Assembly (NCBI GenBank): GCA_016748015.1
Contig: JAAOMT010000057.1
Coordinates: 390,763 to 454,762, forward strand
DNA: 64,000 nucleotides
Direction of reading: 5' to 3'
Source: Geosiphon pyriformis uo1
Taxonomy: Eukaryota > Fungi > Glomeromycota
Below, piece by piece: positions 1-11,548 of the stretch; within the stretch, counting starts at the first letter, position 1, and each line of letters opens with the position of its first letter. The notes under the pieces were generated by a model. It had not been told where the DNA came from and ran no database searches. It saw nothing but the letters and a program-made list of their open reading frames with translations. Both the position numbers and the translations under genes were made by a program.

Positions 1-195
1 AATTGCGATTCTGGAAGGCTACTGAAACAACTATTGAATCTTTGTCCATTATACAAAGAACTCCACAATCAAATCTTCAGATCAACAAAATCTTTGGATC
101 CATAACACTTCTAACAACCGATATCAAGCAAGACATTGAGCACCAAGTTATGGGTTTGTTATTTGATTTGAGACCCCAAATAATTATCTGTAACA
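1..195 (+). repeat. U5 end of the 5' LTR of A
   Basis: Homologous to the ends of the other LTRs (GCACCAAGTTA...CCCCAAATAATTATCTGTAACA) and followed directly by a PBS. Confidence 0.9.
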
Positions 196-214
196 TTTGG
201 TGCTCTTTGTAAGA
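196..214 (+). promoter_or_regulatory. Primer-binding site of A (TGGTGCTCTTTGTAAG; family consensus about TGGTGCTYCCTGYGAGG)
   Basis: TGG complementary to tRNA CCA, 2 nt after the LTR. The same motif is at 7504, 20982, 27302 and on the minus strand at 58693. The tRNA identity is not assigned. Confidence 0.85.
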
Positions 215-257
215 TATAATCCTACAAAGAACTGGCACCAACAACAATTATCCAAAA

Positions 258-2230
258 GTGGCAGAATCAGAAATTATAAGAACAAACCATTTAGAATTTG
301 CCAAATCCTTATTTCAACAGTACAGCCAACAATTGGGCTTAATCAACAACCATTATCCAACAGAATCAGCCTTCAACTTTTACATCAATGAAAGAATCAC
401 GAATTTGCTAGGAAGACCAGTTGATATTGAATCAGTAAGAAAAAATTTTTATACAGAATTAATCCAACACACCAGCTTACCACAGAATTACAGTTTTGCA
501 CCAATTATTAAAGAAATTAATCAAGAAATTGAAAGATATATGCAATAACAATTTCCCATTACCTACACAGATAAGAATAAAAAAAAATTACAAATACCAG
601 CAGTAACACCAAGAGGAATAGAATTACTGATGTGAAAAAAACAAAGAATTGAATTCCCACTATATCTATTATACTATCACACATCCAGTAGTATTATCAA
701 CATTACATCAACAGGCACATTTACATTAAATGCGACATCAACATTTAGATGACTCCTATTTCAAAGTAAACAAAAAAAAGTAGAATTATTAAAAACTTAT
801 GGCAATTATTTTGAAAAATTTAAATCACAATCCCCAATACTATCAGAATTCCAATCACTACCACTTCAACCAGATTTTGGAAACACAAGTCCCTGAGAGA
901 TAACAGCATCAAAAGAAAAAGAAAAAGAGAATCAAAAATTTAATTATCAAAATCTGATCACAGAAAATCCAGAAGTTGAAACTCCAAATATTCAAATCTA
1001 GCAAATTCCGAATAATCCAAACTCTGAGCTAATTAATCAAAAAAACTTATCTCCAGAAATTGTTATCAATCAGCAACCAATTGATCTGATTGCTGAACAA
1101 TCTCAACAGCCATCAATATTACCTCAACCACTATTTTTTCAACCACCACAACAACCAAACATAGATCCAATGGCCTATGCCTCAATAGCAAAACTTGAAA
1201 AATTCACAGATGAAGAAGATGACACACAAGTGTGGCTGAATAATGTGAAAAAAGCTATCACAGCCAATGGATGGAATGATGCCAGAGTACTTTAAGCCAT
1301 CCTCTATTTCTTACAAGATACTGCCAACTCGTGGTATCAAAGTTTAGTCACTAAATCTTAAACATTCTAGGAATTTAAAGTTGCATTCTTGGGATATTTC
1401 AGTAATAATAACAGTATTAATTGTCTAGCCAACATCTTCACCATCATCAAACAAGGAGAAACTGAAGCAGTTACTATTTACTTGGGATGTTTTTACAGAA
1501 ACTTGTGCCAAATTCAAGCAATCCAAGCTGACTATTTTATGGCACCACAGATTCTAAACCAGTTCATTCATAGACTGCACAGTAGCATCCTTCAATGCAT
1601 ATGTCCAATGTACCCACAAACACTCCAAGATGCAGTTATCAATACATGAGATTTTGAAACTGCCAAACTCAAAGCTAACCACATTCAAGCTGTTAACTTA
1701 GTGATGAATGAATCATCTGAATTAAATTTTAAGTTAAAACAATTCAGTGATTTCATTAATCAAAAATTAGAGAGATACTTAGTTAACAATCAAGTCATCT
1801 ATCAACCTTCACAATGACACAATAATCAAAGAAACTCAAATTGGTTCCAAAATTAATCACATTTCTTATCATTAACCAATCAACTATGACAGCCAAAAAC
1901 ACATACCTGCCATAATTGTAGTAAACAAAATCACATAGGAATTAACTGCTATTATAATAGTAACTTATGATCAGAAAATCAATATTGAAATCCTGATTAC
2001 TGGTTTTAAACTCCAAATTATTCACTAAACCAAGATCAATATCAATTTTATTATCCTCAAATGATACAACAACCAATATACATACCTCTAATCTAACAAA
2101 CACCAGTTCCAGTTATTTATTAACCACAGCCATCAGGAATTTATTAATCCCAATCTATTCTAATACTGCCACAAAACTTAGTTCAAATATTATCCAAAAA
2201 TTAAAGGCCAAGAATCACACATACCCAATA
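258..2230 (+). pseudogene. gag: gag of A (N-terminal extension, capsid-like domain, CCHC knuckle remnant), many stops
   Basis: VAESEII..HLEFAKSLF; DPMAYASIAKLEKF..VWLN; FTIIKQGETEAVTIY; TCHNCSKQNH near 1905-1950. Confidence 0.8.
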
Positions 2231-2539
2231 AAACTGAAGATTGGTGATAGTAATACACCAACTGATTCTTAGCTTAGCAAGCCAACCATTAGGATCTTGT
2301 CAACAGAGTTCAGGAACTGGGTACAACCAAAACCCAAATTTCCAGAACTATTTAAGTTTTCTGGTTATCCCAAAAGATGCCAAACTCAGCAAAGAGGAAC
2401 CCAATCAAACTCAACTACTCAATAACATATCTCCAGCTATCATTACAAAAAACAAATCACTTACTGCCATCTTTCCTTTTGAACTGAAAAAACCAGTTAA
2501 AACACCACTATTCAGTGAAGTCACACTTAAATCAAAACT

Positions 2540-2925
2540 TATCACTACAATATATACAGATGTCAAAGTTGATGGTCAGTTCATTAAACTAATCCTAAAC
2601 AGTGGATTAGCTAGCAGTATCATTACATGACAATTCATAGACCAATTGGGTTACCAAGTTGATTGCACTGTTAGCACCAGAATTATTACAGCAAATAAAA
2701 TGACCAAAACTCCTATTGGTGAAATTGACAATTTTTTTTTTGAAGTCAATGGCATTATTACACCCATTAAGGTATTAGTAATAGAAACCACTCAGTGCTA
2801 AGCATTAGTTTGTAATGACTAACTATCCAAAACCAATGCAGTACTCGATTGAACCATACAGAAACTTTAGCTCAGTCTGAACAGTCAATATACATAAGTA
2901 CTGGCAACCTACAGACACTTCAAAC
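2540..2925 (+). pseudogene. Retroviral-type aspartic protease of A
   Basis: KLILNSG (decayed LDSG), plus a C-terminal ALV.ND.L motif. Homologous to the intact LILDSGS of E and LILDSRS of H. Confidence 0.8.
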
Positions 2926-4035
2926 CCAACATACCAGCACCACTAATAAAATTAGAAGAAGAAGAAAAGAAATCTATCTGGGAAGTCTACCAAGTCTTAT
3001 GGGCTGATACCAATTACAACAATCTATCACTAGTACCTACTTAGGAAAAAAACAAAAAAGAAAAGAAAAGAAGAAAAATCCCAAGCAATTACCTTTATCT
3101 ATACATCTTATACTGCCATCACTCAATACTAATCAAACTATTGTTGATCCAAGTTAATTTGCATTGATTGTGATAAAAAATTGTTAACAATAGGTATATA
3201 TTGTGGCAATAACAAGAAATGGTCCATAACAATAAAATACTACTGTTAATCATGTGTTCTTAAATGTTTTGAACGACCAAAATGACAAGATAAATGGGAC
3301 AATAAGCCTTGTCTTGCATGTAAAATGATTCTTCCTAATAAAGAAATATGGAATGACATTTCTGAACAAAAAAAAACATGTGACAAAACATGTCAATACA
3401 CAATTTTGATTAACAATTGGATATAAAAAGGGACTCCAATTAATAATGTCTGAAAACAAGCACTACAATACCTAAAAAAATATCCACATAACAAGCATGA
3501 GATTTGGAAAATAGCAAATGCCAAGATTAAAGATGCTTTTCTTAGCAAACTACTGGAAATTAAGAATAATCCATTCACACTATCTGAATACATCCTTACT
3601 TTTGACATCTTTAATGACATTAAAAATGATCTAAAACACTTTTATTAACACTATCAAAACCTGGCACCTACATGAGAAAAACAAAAACAGTGTTTAGAAG
3701 AACTAAACACTCAACTATGTGATCATTGTTTAATTCTATATAACTTTCAATATTGTAATGATTGTGATTTTATTTACAATCTACCATCATGAATGATTTA
3801 TTCAATCTTTAAAAAAGAAGAGCCAATTAGCAAATGTGCAGCAGAATTGGAATCAAAATTCAATCCCAATTCAAACTCTGACAATAATGACAACAATAAC
3901 AGTTTCAGCTTCATTTAAAATGGCAATAACAACAGCAAAAATTCAAATTTTGATTCAAATCCAGAACAATACATTGCATTATTTAATCATTTTAAAGAGC
4001 AAGAACTAAAATGATTCAGTGATAACAATGAAAGT

Positions 4036-4435
4036 ATTATACCAGAACATGTGCATAATACTGATGTAAAGTTTAATTTGAGATATCTGGGAAAAAATAT
4101 CATAAAATTGAAACCATATTTATTCACTTGTATTGATTTGAAAATAGCTTAGAAATTCTGGCAACTATCATAATGTAATCAGCATCTAGATTTAGTTTAG
4201 CAAAGAAAGGAATTAACATTAGAGAAGGAATAATTGATGCAGAATATGTAGGAAATATTATTGTAATACTACAAAATGACTTGGAAAAAGAATATATTAT
4301 TAAACCAAATGAAAAAATAGCACAGATAATATTTCTATCTCTGGTAAAAATAGCTTAGTTAGTGTCAGTTGAAACAAGGGAAAAATTAAAGATTACAGCC
4401 AGAGAAAAAAATGGATTTGAATCCATAAGTAGGAT
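4036..4435 (+). pseudogene. dut: dUTPase domain in pol of A
   Basis: Motif remnants: HNTDVKFNL (1), ASRFSLA (2), EGIIDAEYVGNI (3), EKIAQIIF (4), AREKNGFESIS (5). Confidence 0.85.
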
Positions 4436-4984
4436 AGATATACCAGTTAATATAACAGAGAAAAAAGTTATTGACAAGAGAGAAATTATCTTTACCTGTC
4501 AATTAATTTCCATTCTGCCATATAACTAGTACATGTTAGTCATAAAAAAGAAAGTAAAAGATCAAGCTCAAATTTTTGAAGTAGAAACTACAATTTGTGA
4601 ATCAGGAAATATTGGACTTATCAATCTTTACATATTAGTCAAAAGCCCAAAACACATAAAAATTTCCATCCACAACACAACTGAAAACATTATCGAAATA
4701 CAAAAAAGAACCATCATAGGATATTTAAGCATTGAAGTCGAAAAACAACCACCAGACACCATTCCAGATTTTCCACAACTGTGTAAATATGTAAACATTA
4801 CATTACAAACAATATATAAACAAGAAAAATGTTATTTGCTCCAATCAAAACAATTAAAAGAAATGAACTTGGAAAATCTAGACCCACTTTAAAGAATGCA
4901 GCTCAAAATATTACTCAACAATTTTACAGATATTTTTGCAAGCAAAAATGAATTTAGTAAAACTGATATTATTCAACATTAAAT

Positions 4985-6241
4985 CAAAACTGGAGATGCA
5001 ATGCCAATTAAACAATGAATATACTAAATACTATCAGCTAGTTATAAAATAATTCAATAAGAAATCAACAGAATATTAGACAATGGGTTCAATTATCAAT
5101 GAGTCTATGATTATCACCAGTGGTATTAGTCTATAAGAAGAATAGAAAAATCTGCTTTTGTGTGAATTACAGAAAACTTAATAGTATTACTTATGGAAAC
5201 AGCTATCCAACTCCACATATTCAGAAATTATTTGACACTTTTGGAAGAAAGAAATAGTTCTCAACACTAAACCTAAATAGTGGTTACTGACAAGTAGCCA
5301 TAAAACCAGAAAACAAAGAGAAAACCATATTCACCACAAGAGAAGAAAATTTCAAATTTCAAATAATGCCATTTGGTTTAACCAATACACCAGTCATGTT
5401 CCAATGGCCAATGAAAATTGTTTATACTGGACTGCTATGAAAATCAGTAGTAGTCTACTTAGATAACACCAACATATTCTCAAAAACATTTAATGACTAT
5501 TTTTATTATCTACAGCAAGTGTTTGAGAGATTTAGAAGAGCTGGATTGAAACTAAATACAACCAAATACTTCTTTGGTAAAACAGAATTAAAATTTTTAG
5601 AATATGTCATGAGCAAAAATAAAATTAAGACAGATTCAGATAAGATTGAAATCATTAAAAACTTTCTAGTACCAACAAATCTTATTGAGTTAAGAGCATT
5701 TTTGGGATTTGCTGAATATTATCACCACTTTATCCAAAATTTCTCCAAATTGGCTCAACCACTTTACCAATTTTAAGCCAAAAATGTGAAATACAAATGG
5801 ACAAAAAAACAACAAAAAGCTTTTGATATTTTAAAAAGAAAGTTTATTCAAGCCCTAATATTAATCTATTCAGATTACAGTAAGCTATTCATTATTACTA
5901 CTAATATATTTGGCCAAGCATTAAAAACAGTACTATTTTAGAGAGGACCAGATGGATTAGAACATCCAGTCATATATGCCAGCCAAAAAAAACTATGAAA
6001 CACCAGCACTAAAATACTTAGTTATCTATTAGGCAATTATAAAATAGAAAAAATATTTAAGCCAGAAATTCAAAATATACACTAATTATAAAGGATTGAC
6101 ATCAATCCAAAAACAGAAATTTGGAGACAACTATTATGCCAAATGAAAAATAGAACTTTCACTATTCAAATATATAGTACATTATAAAAAAGAAAAAAAA
6201 ATGAAAATGCCAATAGTTTGTCATAAATGAAACAAATATAA
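4985..6241 (+). pseudogene. pol: Reverse transcriptase and RNase H of A
   Basis: ICFCVNYRKLN; MPFGLTN; VVYLDN (YxDD); FFGKTELKFL; ELRAFLGFAEYYHHFI; RH ITTNIFG...ANSLS. Confidence 0.9.
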
Positions 6242-7629
6242 GAACATTTTAAACCCAAAATATAACAAAAAATGAATACACAAAAATATCAACAACTTCA
6301 GCACTATATTAATACTTAATAGTTTAAGAAAAAATTATCTTAAAAGGAACAAAACAGCATCAAACAACAATCCAAATATTTTATTACTTACCAGAATATA
6401 TTATATTGAAAAAACAGAAAGAATTCAAATTAACCATTCAGAGTAATTTCAGATTCAGAAAAAAAAACAATACTATACAACATGTACTCAAATCCCACAG
6501 CAGAATATTTCTATAAAGAAATAACCATAGAAAAAACCAAAAAAAAATATTATTGGCCATTGTTACTTATAAAATATAGGAAGTATATTAGCATATAAAT
6601 TAGCCAATCATAGGTAGACGTAGTAAATGTGGAATTTCAAGATTCCTTTCAGAAGAATTGCAGAATTCCAGGAATTGTAGGATTCTTACATGAGGAATCA
6701 CAGGATTCCAGAATTCCAGGATTCCTCTCAAAGGAATTGCAGAATTTCAGGATTCCTGACATAAAGAATTGAAGAATTGAGGAATCTCAAATATGTATAT
6801 ATAGCAGTAGTATCAGAAATTAGAAAATTAGTCAATAGGACTTAAAGTCAATTGATTCGCAGAGTCAATTAGACTCATAGAATCAATTAGACTCGCAAAA
6901 TTATAATAATTAAAAAAAAAAAGAGAATGGACACCAAAAATTCTTAGCTTAGTTACCACAATCCTCAAATAAATAATTATTCACCATATCAAATTCACTC
7001 TTTACTATCAACATGAAGTGTTGATAGTAATTGATACTTAACTACACTGAAACAATAGCTCTTAATCATGGCTATTAACAGAATACTAACTTGCAAATCA
7101 TCTTGGCTTATTTCCTTATATTTTTTTATTTTTTTTATGTTTCTTTGGATTTTGTTATTTGTGCACTAACCAACTGATTCAAAGTGCTAATTACTGATGT
7201 CAAGAATTACCTGGTAAAAGACCTCTGTAAGTAAGTAGACCATGTACAGAAGATATGGATTACTTACCAGAAGATTGCCGGCCACCAAGCCGAGAAAAAA
7301 ATTGACAGATTTGTAAGTCTGAGAAGCTATAGATAAAACAACTATTGAATCTCTGTCTATTATACAAAGAACTCAACCCAAAACCTTTAGATATCAAAAC
7401 CTTCAGATTACCAATACCAACAGCAACAGAAATCAATAGCTTTTGAGCACTGAGTTACGTGTTTAGTATTCACTCTCCACCCCAAAGAAACACCTGTAAT
7501 ATTTGGTGCTTTCTGTGAAGTATAATTCAACAAAAAACCAGTACCAACAACAACCATGCAAGAAAGTGGCAGACCAAGAGAAAACAAGGGAAAATCACTT
7601 AGAATTTGCGAAATCCTTATTTTACTATT

Positions 7630-8240
7630 ACTATTGATAAACTCGTTAAAACTCCAATTATTCAAAACCCAATTGTTAAAACCCCAAACATTTGAAACTC
7701 ACCTTTAAAAAAAAAAAAAAAATTGTTAAATTCAAACTCTGATTATTCAAGATCTGATCATTAAAACCCTGAACATTCGAAAATTACCATTGATAAATTT
7801 GTTAAAAACTCGTTAAATTAAAAAACTCTGTTTATTCAAAATCTGATTGTTAAAACCCTAACTATTCGAAATGTACCATTGATAAATTCATTAAAAACTC
7901 TTTAAATTAAAAACTCCGATTATTCAAGACCCGATCATTAAAACTCTAAACATTTGAAAATTACCATTGATAAATTTGTTAAAAACTTGTTAAATTAAAA
8001 CTCTGATTATTCAAGACCCAATTGTTAAAAAAAAATAAAAAAAAAAAAAAAACCCAAACATTCGAAACCCAATAATTCCAATCCCACTATCGTACAAAGA
8101 AACTTACCATCGATAAAACTTGTTAAACCTTTAGCAATTCAAACTCCTGGAATTATCCAAAAAACCAAACATTTGAAGTCCAATAAATTCCAAACCCTGC
8201 TATCATACAAGGAAACTTATCTCCGATAGCTCAATAAAAC
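7630..8240 (+). repeat. ~88-bp tandem repeat inside B (about 5 copies plus 2 variants)
   Basis: Unit CTCYGATTATTCAAGACCYGATCATTAAAACCCT...CATTGATAAATT starts at about 7652, 7737, 7826, 7914 and 8001. Confidence 0.85.
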
Positions 8241-8319
8241 CTAATTCTCATAGTACCAATAAATCAGCAAAACTCACCTGATGGTCCTAAGTCAGAATAT
8301 TGGGACGTAGTCACAATCT

Positions 8320-8765
8320 ACTCTTATGTGTTATATATTCAATGAAGAGCCAATCAGCAAGAACAAATGGGAATCGGAATTAGAACTTAATCCTGATTCA
8401 AACTCCACTGATGACAGCAACAATCCAAACTCTGCTAATGATAGCAACAATTCAAACTCTGCTGATGACAACAACAATTCAAACTCCACTAATGACAAAT
8501 GACAATTTAAACTCCACCAACAACAATTCAAACTCTACTTCAAACACCAAACGATATATCACACTTTTAGATCTTACAATGGAGCAGGAATTAACTCAAT
8601 TCAGTAATAATAATAAGGGCATTATGTTTGAACATGCACATAATACAGATGCAAAATTTGAACATGAATATTCTGAACAGACCACTATAGTTAAAAACCC
8701 CAGTCACATATAAAATTAAATTTACAAATAGCAATAGAAATTACCATAACAACATTGATACAAAA
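8320..8765 (+). pseudogene. Remnant of the Asn/Ser-rich linker (27-bp repeats) and the dUTPase N-terminus in B
   Basis: EEPISK..ESELELNPDSNS; YITLLDLTMEQELTQFSNNNKGIMFEHAHNTDAKF, homologous to F 31100-31370. Confidence 0.75.
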
Positions 8766-10893
8766 GAGAGATTTAGAAGATTTTGCAGAAGCTCAATATT
8801 AAAGAAGGGAATAATGTTACTCATAAAATATAGAAAGTATATTAGCATATAAATTAGCCAATTATAGGTAGACGTAGTAAATATGGAATTCCAGGATTTC
8901 TCTTAAAGGAATTGCAAGATACCAGGAATTGCAGGATTCCAGAATTCCAGGATTTCTCTCAAAGAAATTGCAGAATTCTAGGAATTTCAGGATTCCTGAC
9001 ATGAAGAATTGAGGAATTGAGGAATCTCAAATACATATATATAACAATAGTATCAGAAATTAGAAAATTAGTCAATGGAACTTAGAGTCAATTGATTCGT
9101 AAAATCAATTAGACTCATAGAATCAATTAGACTCGCAAAATCATAATAATTAAAAAAAAAAAAGAGAATGAACACCAAGAATTCTTAGCTTAGTTACTAC
9201 AATCCTTAAATAAATAATTATTCACCATATCAAATTCACTCTTTACTATCAACACTTCATGTTGATAGTAATTGATACTTAACTACACTGAAACAATAGC
9301 TTTTGATCATAGCTATTGACAGGATACTAACTTGCAAATTGCCTTGGCTTATTTCCTTATATTTCTTTATTTTCTTTATGTTTCTTTGGATTTTGTTATT
9401 TGTGCACTAACCAACTGATTCAAAGCACTGATTACTGACATCAAAGATTACTTGGTAAAAGACCCTTGCGAGTGAGTAGAACACATACAAAAGTTACAGA
9501 TTACTTACCAAAGGATTGCCAGCCACCAAGCCGAGAAAAGAATTGACAGACTTGTGAGTCTAGAAAGCTATGGATAAAACAACTATTGAATCTTTGTCCA
9601 TTATACAAAGAACTCAACCCAAAACCTTCAGATATCAAAACCTTCAGATTACCAATACCAACAGCAACAGAAATCAATAGCTTTTGAGCACTGAGTTATG
9701 TGTTTAGTATTCACTCGACATCCCAAAGAAATACTTATAACACCATCAATGTATCCAGATATTATCCAATATGTTCAAAAATTGTGATGCTTATTAAAAA
9801 AGAAGAGAAACATGACTCAGTGAATCACTAAGATCAATTCAAGTAGAACAACCATTTAATAGAATTGGAATTGACTTAGTCAGATCATTAACAATAACCA
9901 GCAAAAGCAATTGTTATATAGCAGTAGTCATAGACTATCTCACAAAATGGCCAGAGGTAAAAGCAATTCAAAAAACAGATGCAAAATTTATAGCCAAATT
10001 TGTTTACCAAGATCTGATCTGTTGACATAGATGTCTAAAAGAATTTTTATCAGATTAAAGAACTTACTTTGTAAACAAAATATTAGCAGAATTAAGCCAA
10101 AGATTTAGAATTAAGAAACTATTATTATTACTATATCATCCACAAATAAATAGTTTAATTAAAAGATTCAACAGAATATTGTGTGAAGCAATTACCAAAA
10201 TCAGCCAAGAAAACCAAGATAAATAGGATTTGTTTATACCATTAGTATTATTTGCTTATCAAATAATGAAGCAAGATACCACACAAATAACATTATTTAA
10301 ATTTGTTTATGATAGAACAGCAACTTTACCAGTGGAAATAAAAGTCAACACATATTTAATTAAACCAATAACAGAAGCCAACTTTCAAAAAACATTGCTA
10401 AGAAGAATGTATGACTTAATGAAAACATTGGAAAACAAAAGACAAAGAGCAGCTGATAACATTCAGAAATCACAAAAAAAACAAAAAAAATGACATAATA
10501 ATTAATTATTAGATAAACCAATTGAATTCAAAAATAAAAACAAAGTACTCTTATGTTATACCAAAGCAGAAAAACAATGGAGTGGAAAATTTGACCCCAA
10601 ATAAAATAGACCATTTCACATTAAAAAAATTCTAAGAAATAGAGCTTATAAATTAAGATAGGACAACAAAATCTTAGCTAAAGCAGCATATAGTAATTGA
10701 CTAAAATTATATTGCAATATAGCATCATTGACCAGTAATATTCTACAACTGAGAGTACAACAAATACTAGTCTAACCAAATGAAATTTCATGAGATTTGG
10801 AACCAATCATAGTTATTAATACAAACACATTAAATTAACCAACCAAAATAATATATAAAAACACAGTATATGCAACCAAAAGCAACAAAAAAA

Positions 10894-11535
10894 ATGGAAA
10901 TACCAGATCATATCCACATCTTAGTTCAACAATTATTTTAAGTCTTAAATTAACAACAATTAGATATAGAAATTGTTATCAGCCACCAAACAATCTGTTA
11001 TCAGAACACCAAACAAGAAAAAAAAACAAAGAATACACTATATTAGTGATCCCAAAACCAAACAAAACACTGATCAAATAAAATAATTGAAAAAGTAAAG
11101 AACACTTTTGGAAAATTATCTATTATAGCTCCAACAGAAGAATTCTTAAAAGAAAATTGGAAACAATGGATAAAACAACTTCTAATACCATATTGCTACT
11201 ATCAATTAAAACAAAAGTTGGATATTCAGAAGTTATATCTTGATAAAACCAAAAGAATATTCAATCAAGAGATAATATGGAACATTAAAGACATTATTGG
11301 AAAGAAAACAAATCTGACATTACACATTAGAACAATTTATCAACTATATACAATATTTCAAAACTACCCAGAAATATTGTTACACTCCAACATAGAGACA
11401 ATAACCATTAACCAGTGGGGGAAAATAAACAACTTGTAAATCAAAGAGATAAGAAGCAGAGTTAAACAAATGATATTAGAAAAAGAAGTTATAAAACTAA
11501 TTCAAAATAAAAATTTTGATAGAGCTCAATATTAA
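10894..11535 (+). pseudogene. Extra 3' ORF (ORF3, ~213 aa, unknown function) of A
   Basis: ATG at 10894 and TAA at 11533-35, ending at the PPT. Homologous ORFs are in F, H and G. Confidence 0.75.
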
Positions 11536-11548
11536 AAAGAGAAGATAA

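Larger units (their letters stand above)
6561..9742 (+). mobile_element. Non-autonomous LTR element 'B' (two ~930-bp LTRs, 1.3-kb internal region)
   Basis: TG...CA termini; TSD CCAT at 6557-6560 and 9743-9746; LTRs 6561-7501 and 8815-9742; PBS at 7504; PPT AAAGAAGGGAA before 8815; no RT or IN. Confidence 0.93.
6272..10838 (+). pseudogene. Integrase of A, split by B at YYWP|SMYPD (coding parts 6272-6560 and 9747-10838)
   Basis: HHCC remnant; PFNRIGIDLV; AVVIDYLTKWPE; FDPK..PFHI (GPY/F module). No chromodomain seen. Confidence 0.88.

Noticed and set aside
7630-8240. CRISPR-like array
   Set aside because: Units are contiguous tandem repeats with no unique spacers, no cas genes, and a eukaryotic TE context.
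10894-11535. ORF3 as env
   Set aside because: Too short, with no signal peptide, TM segment or furin site evident.
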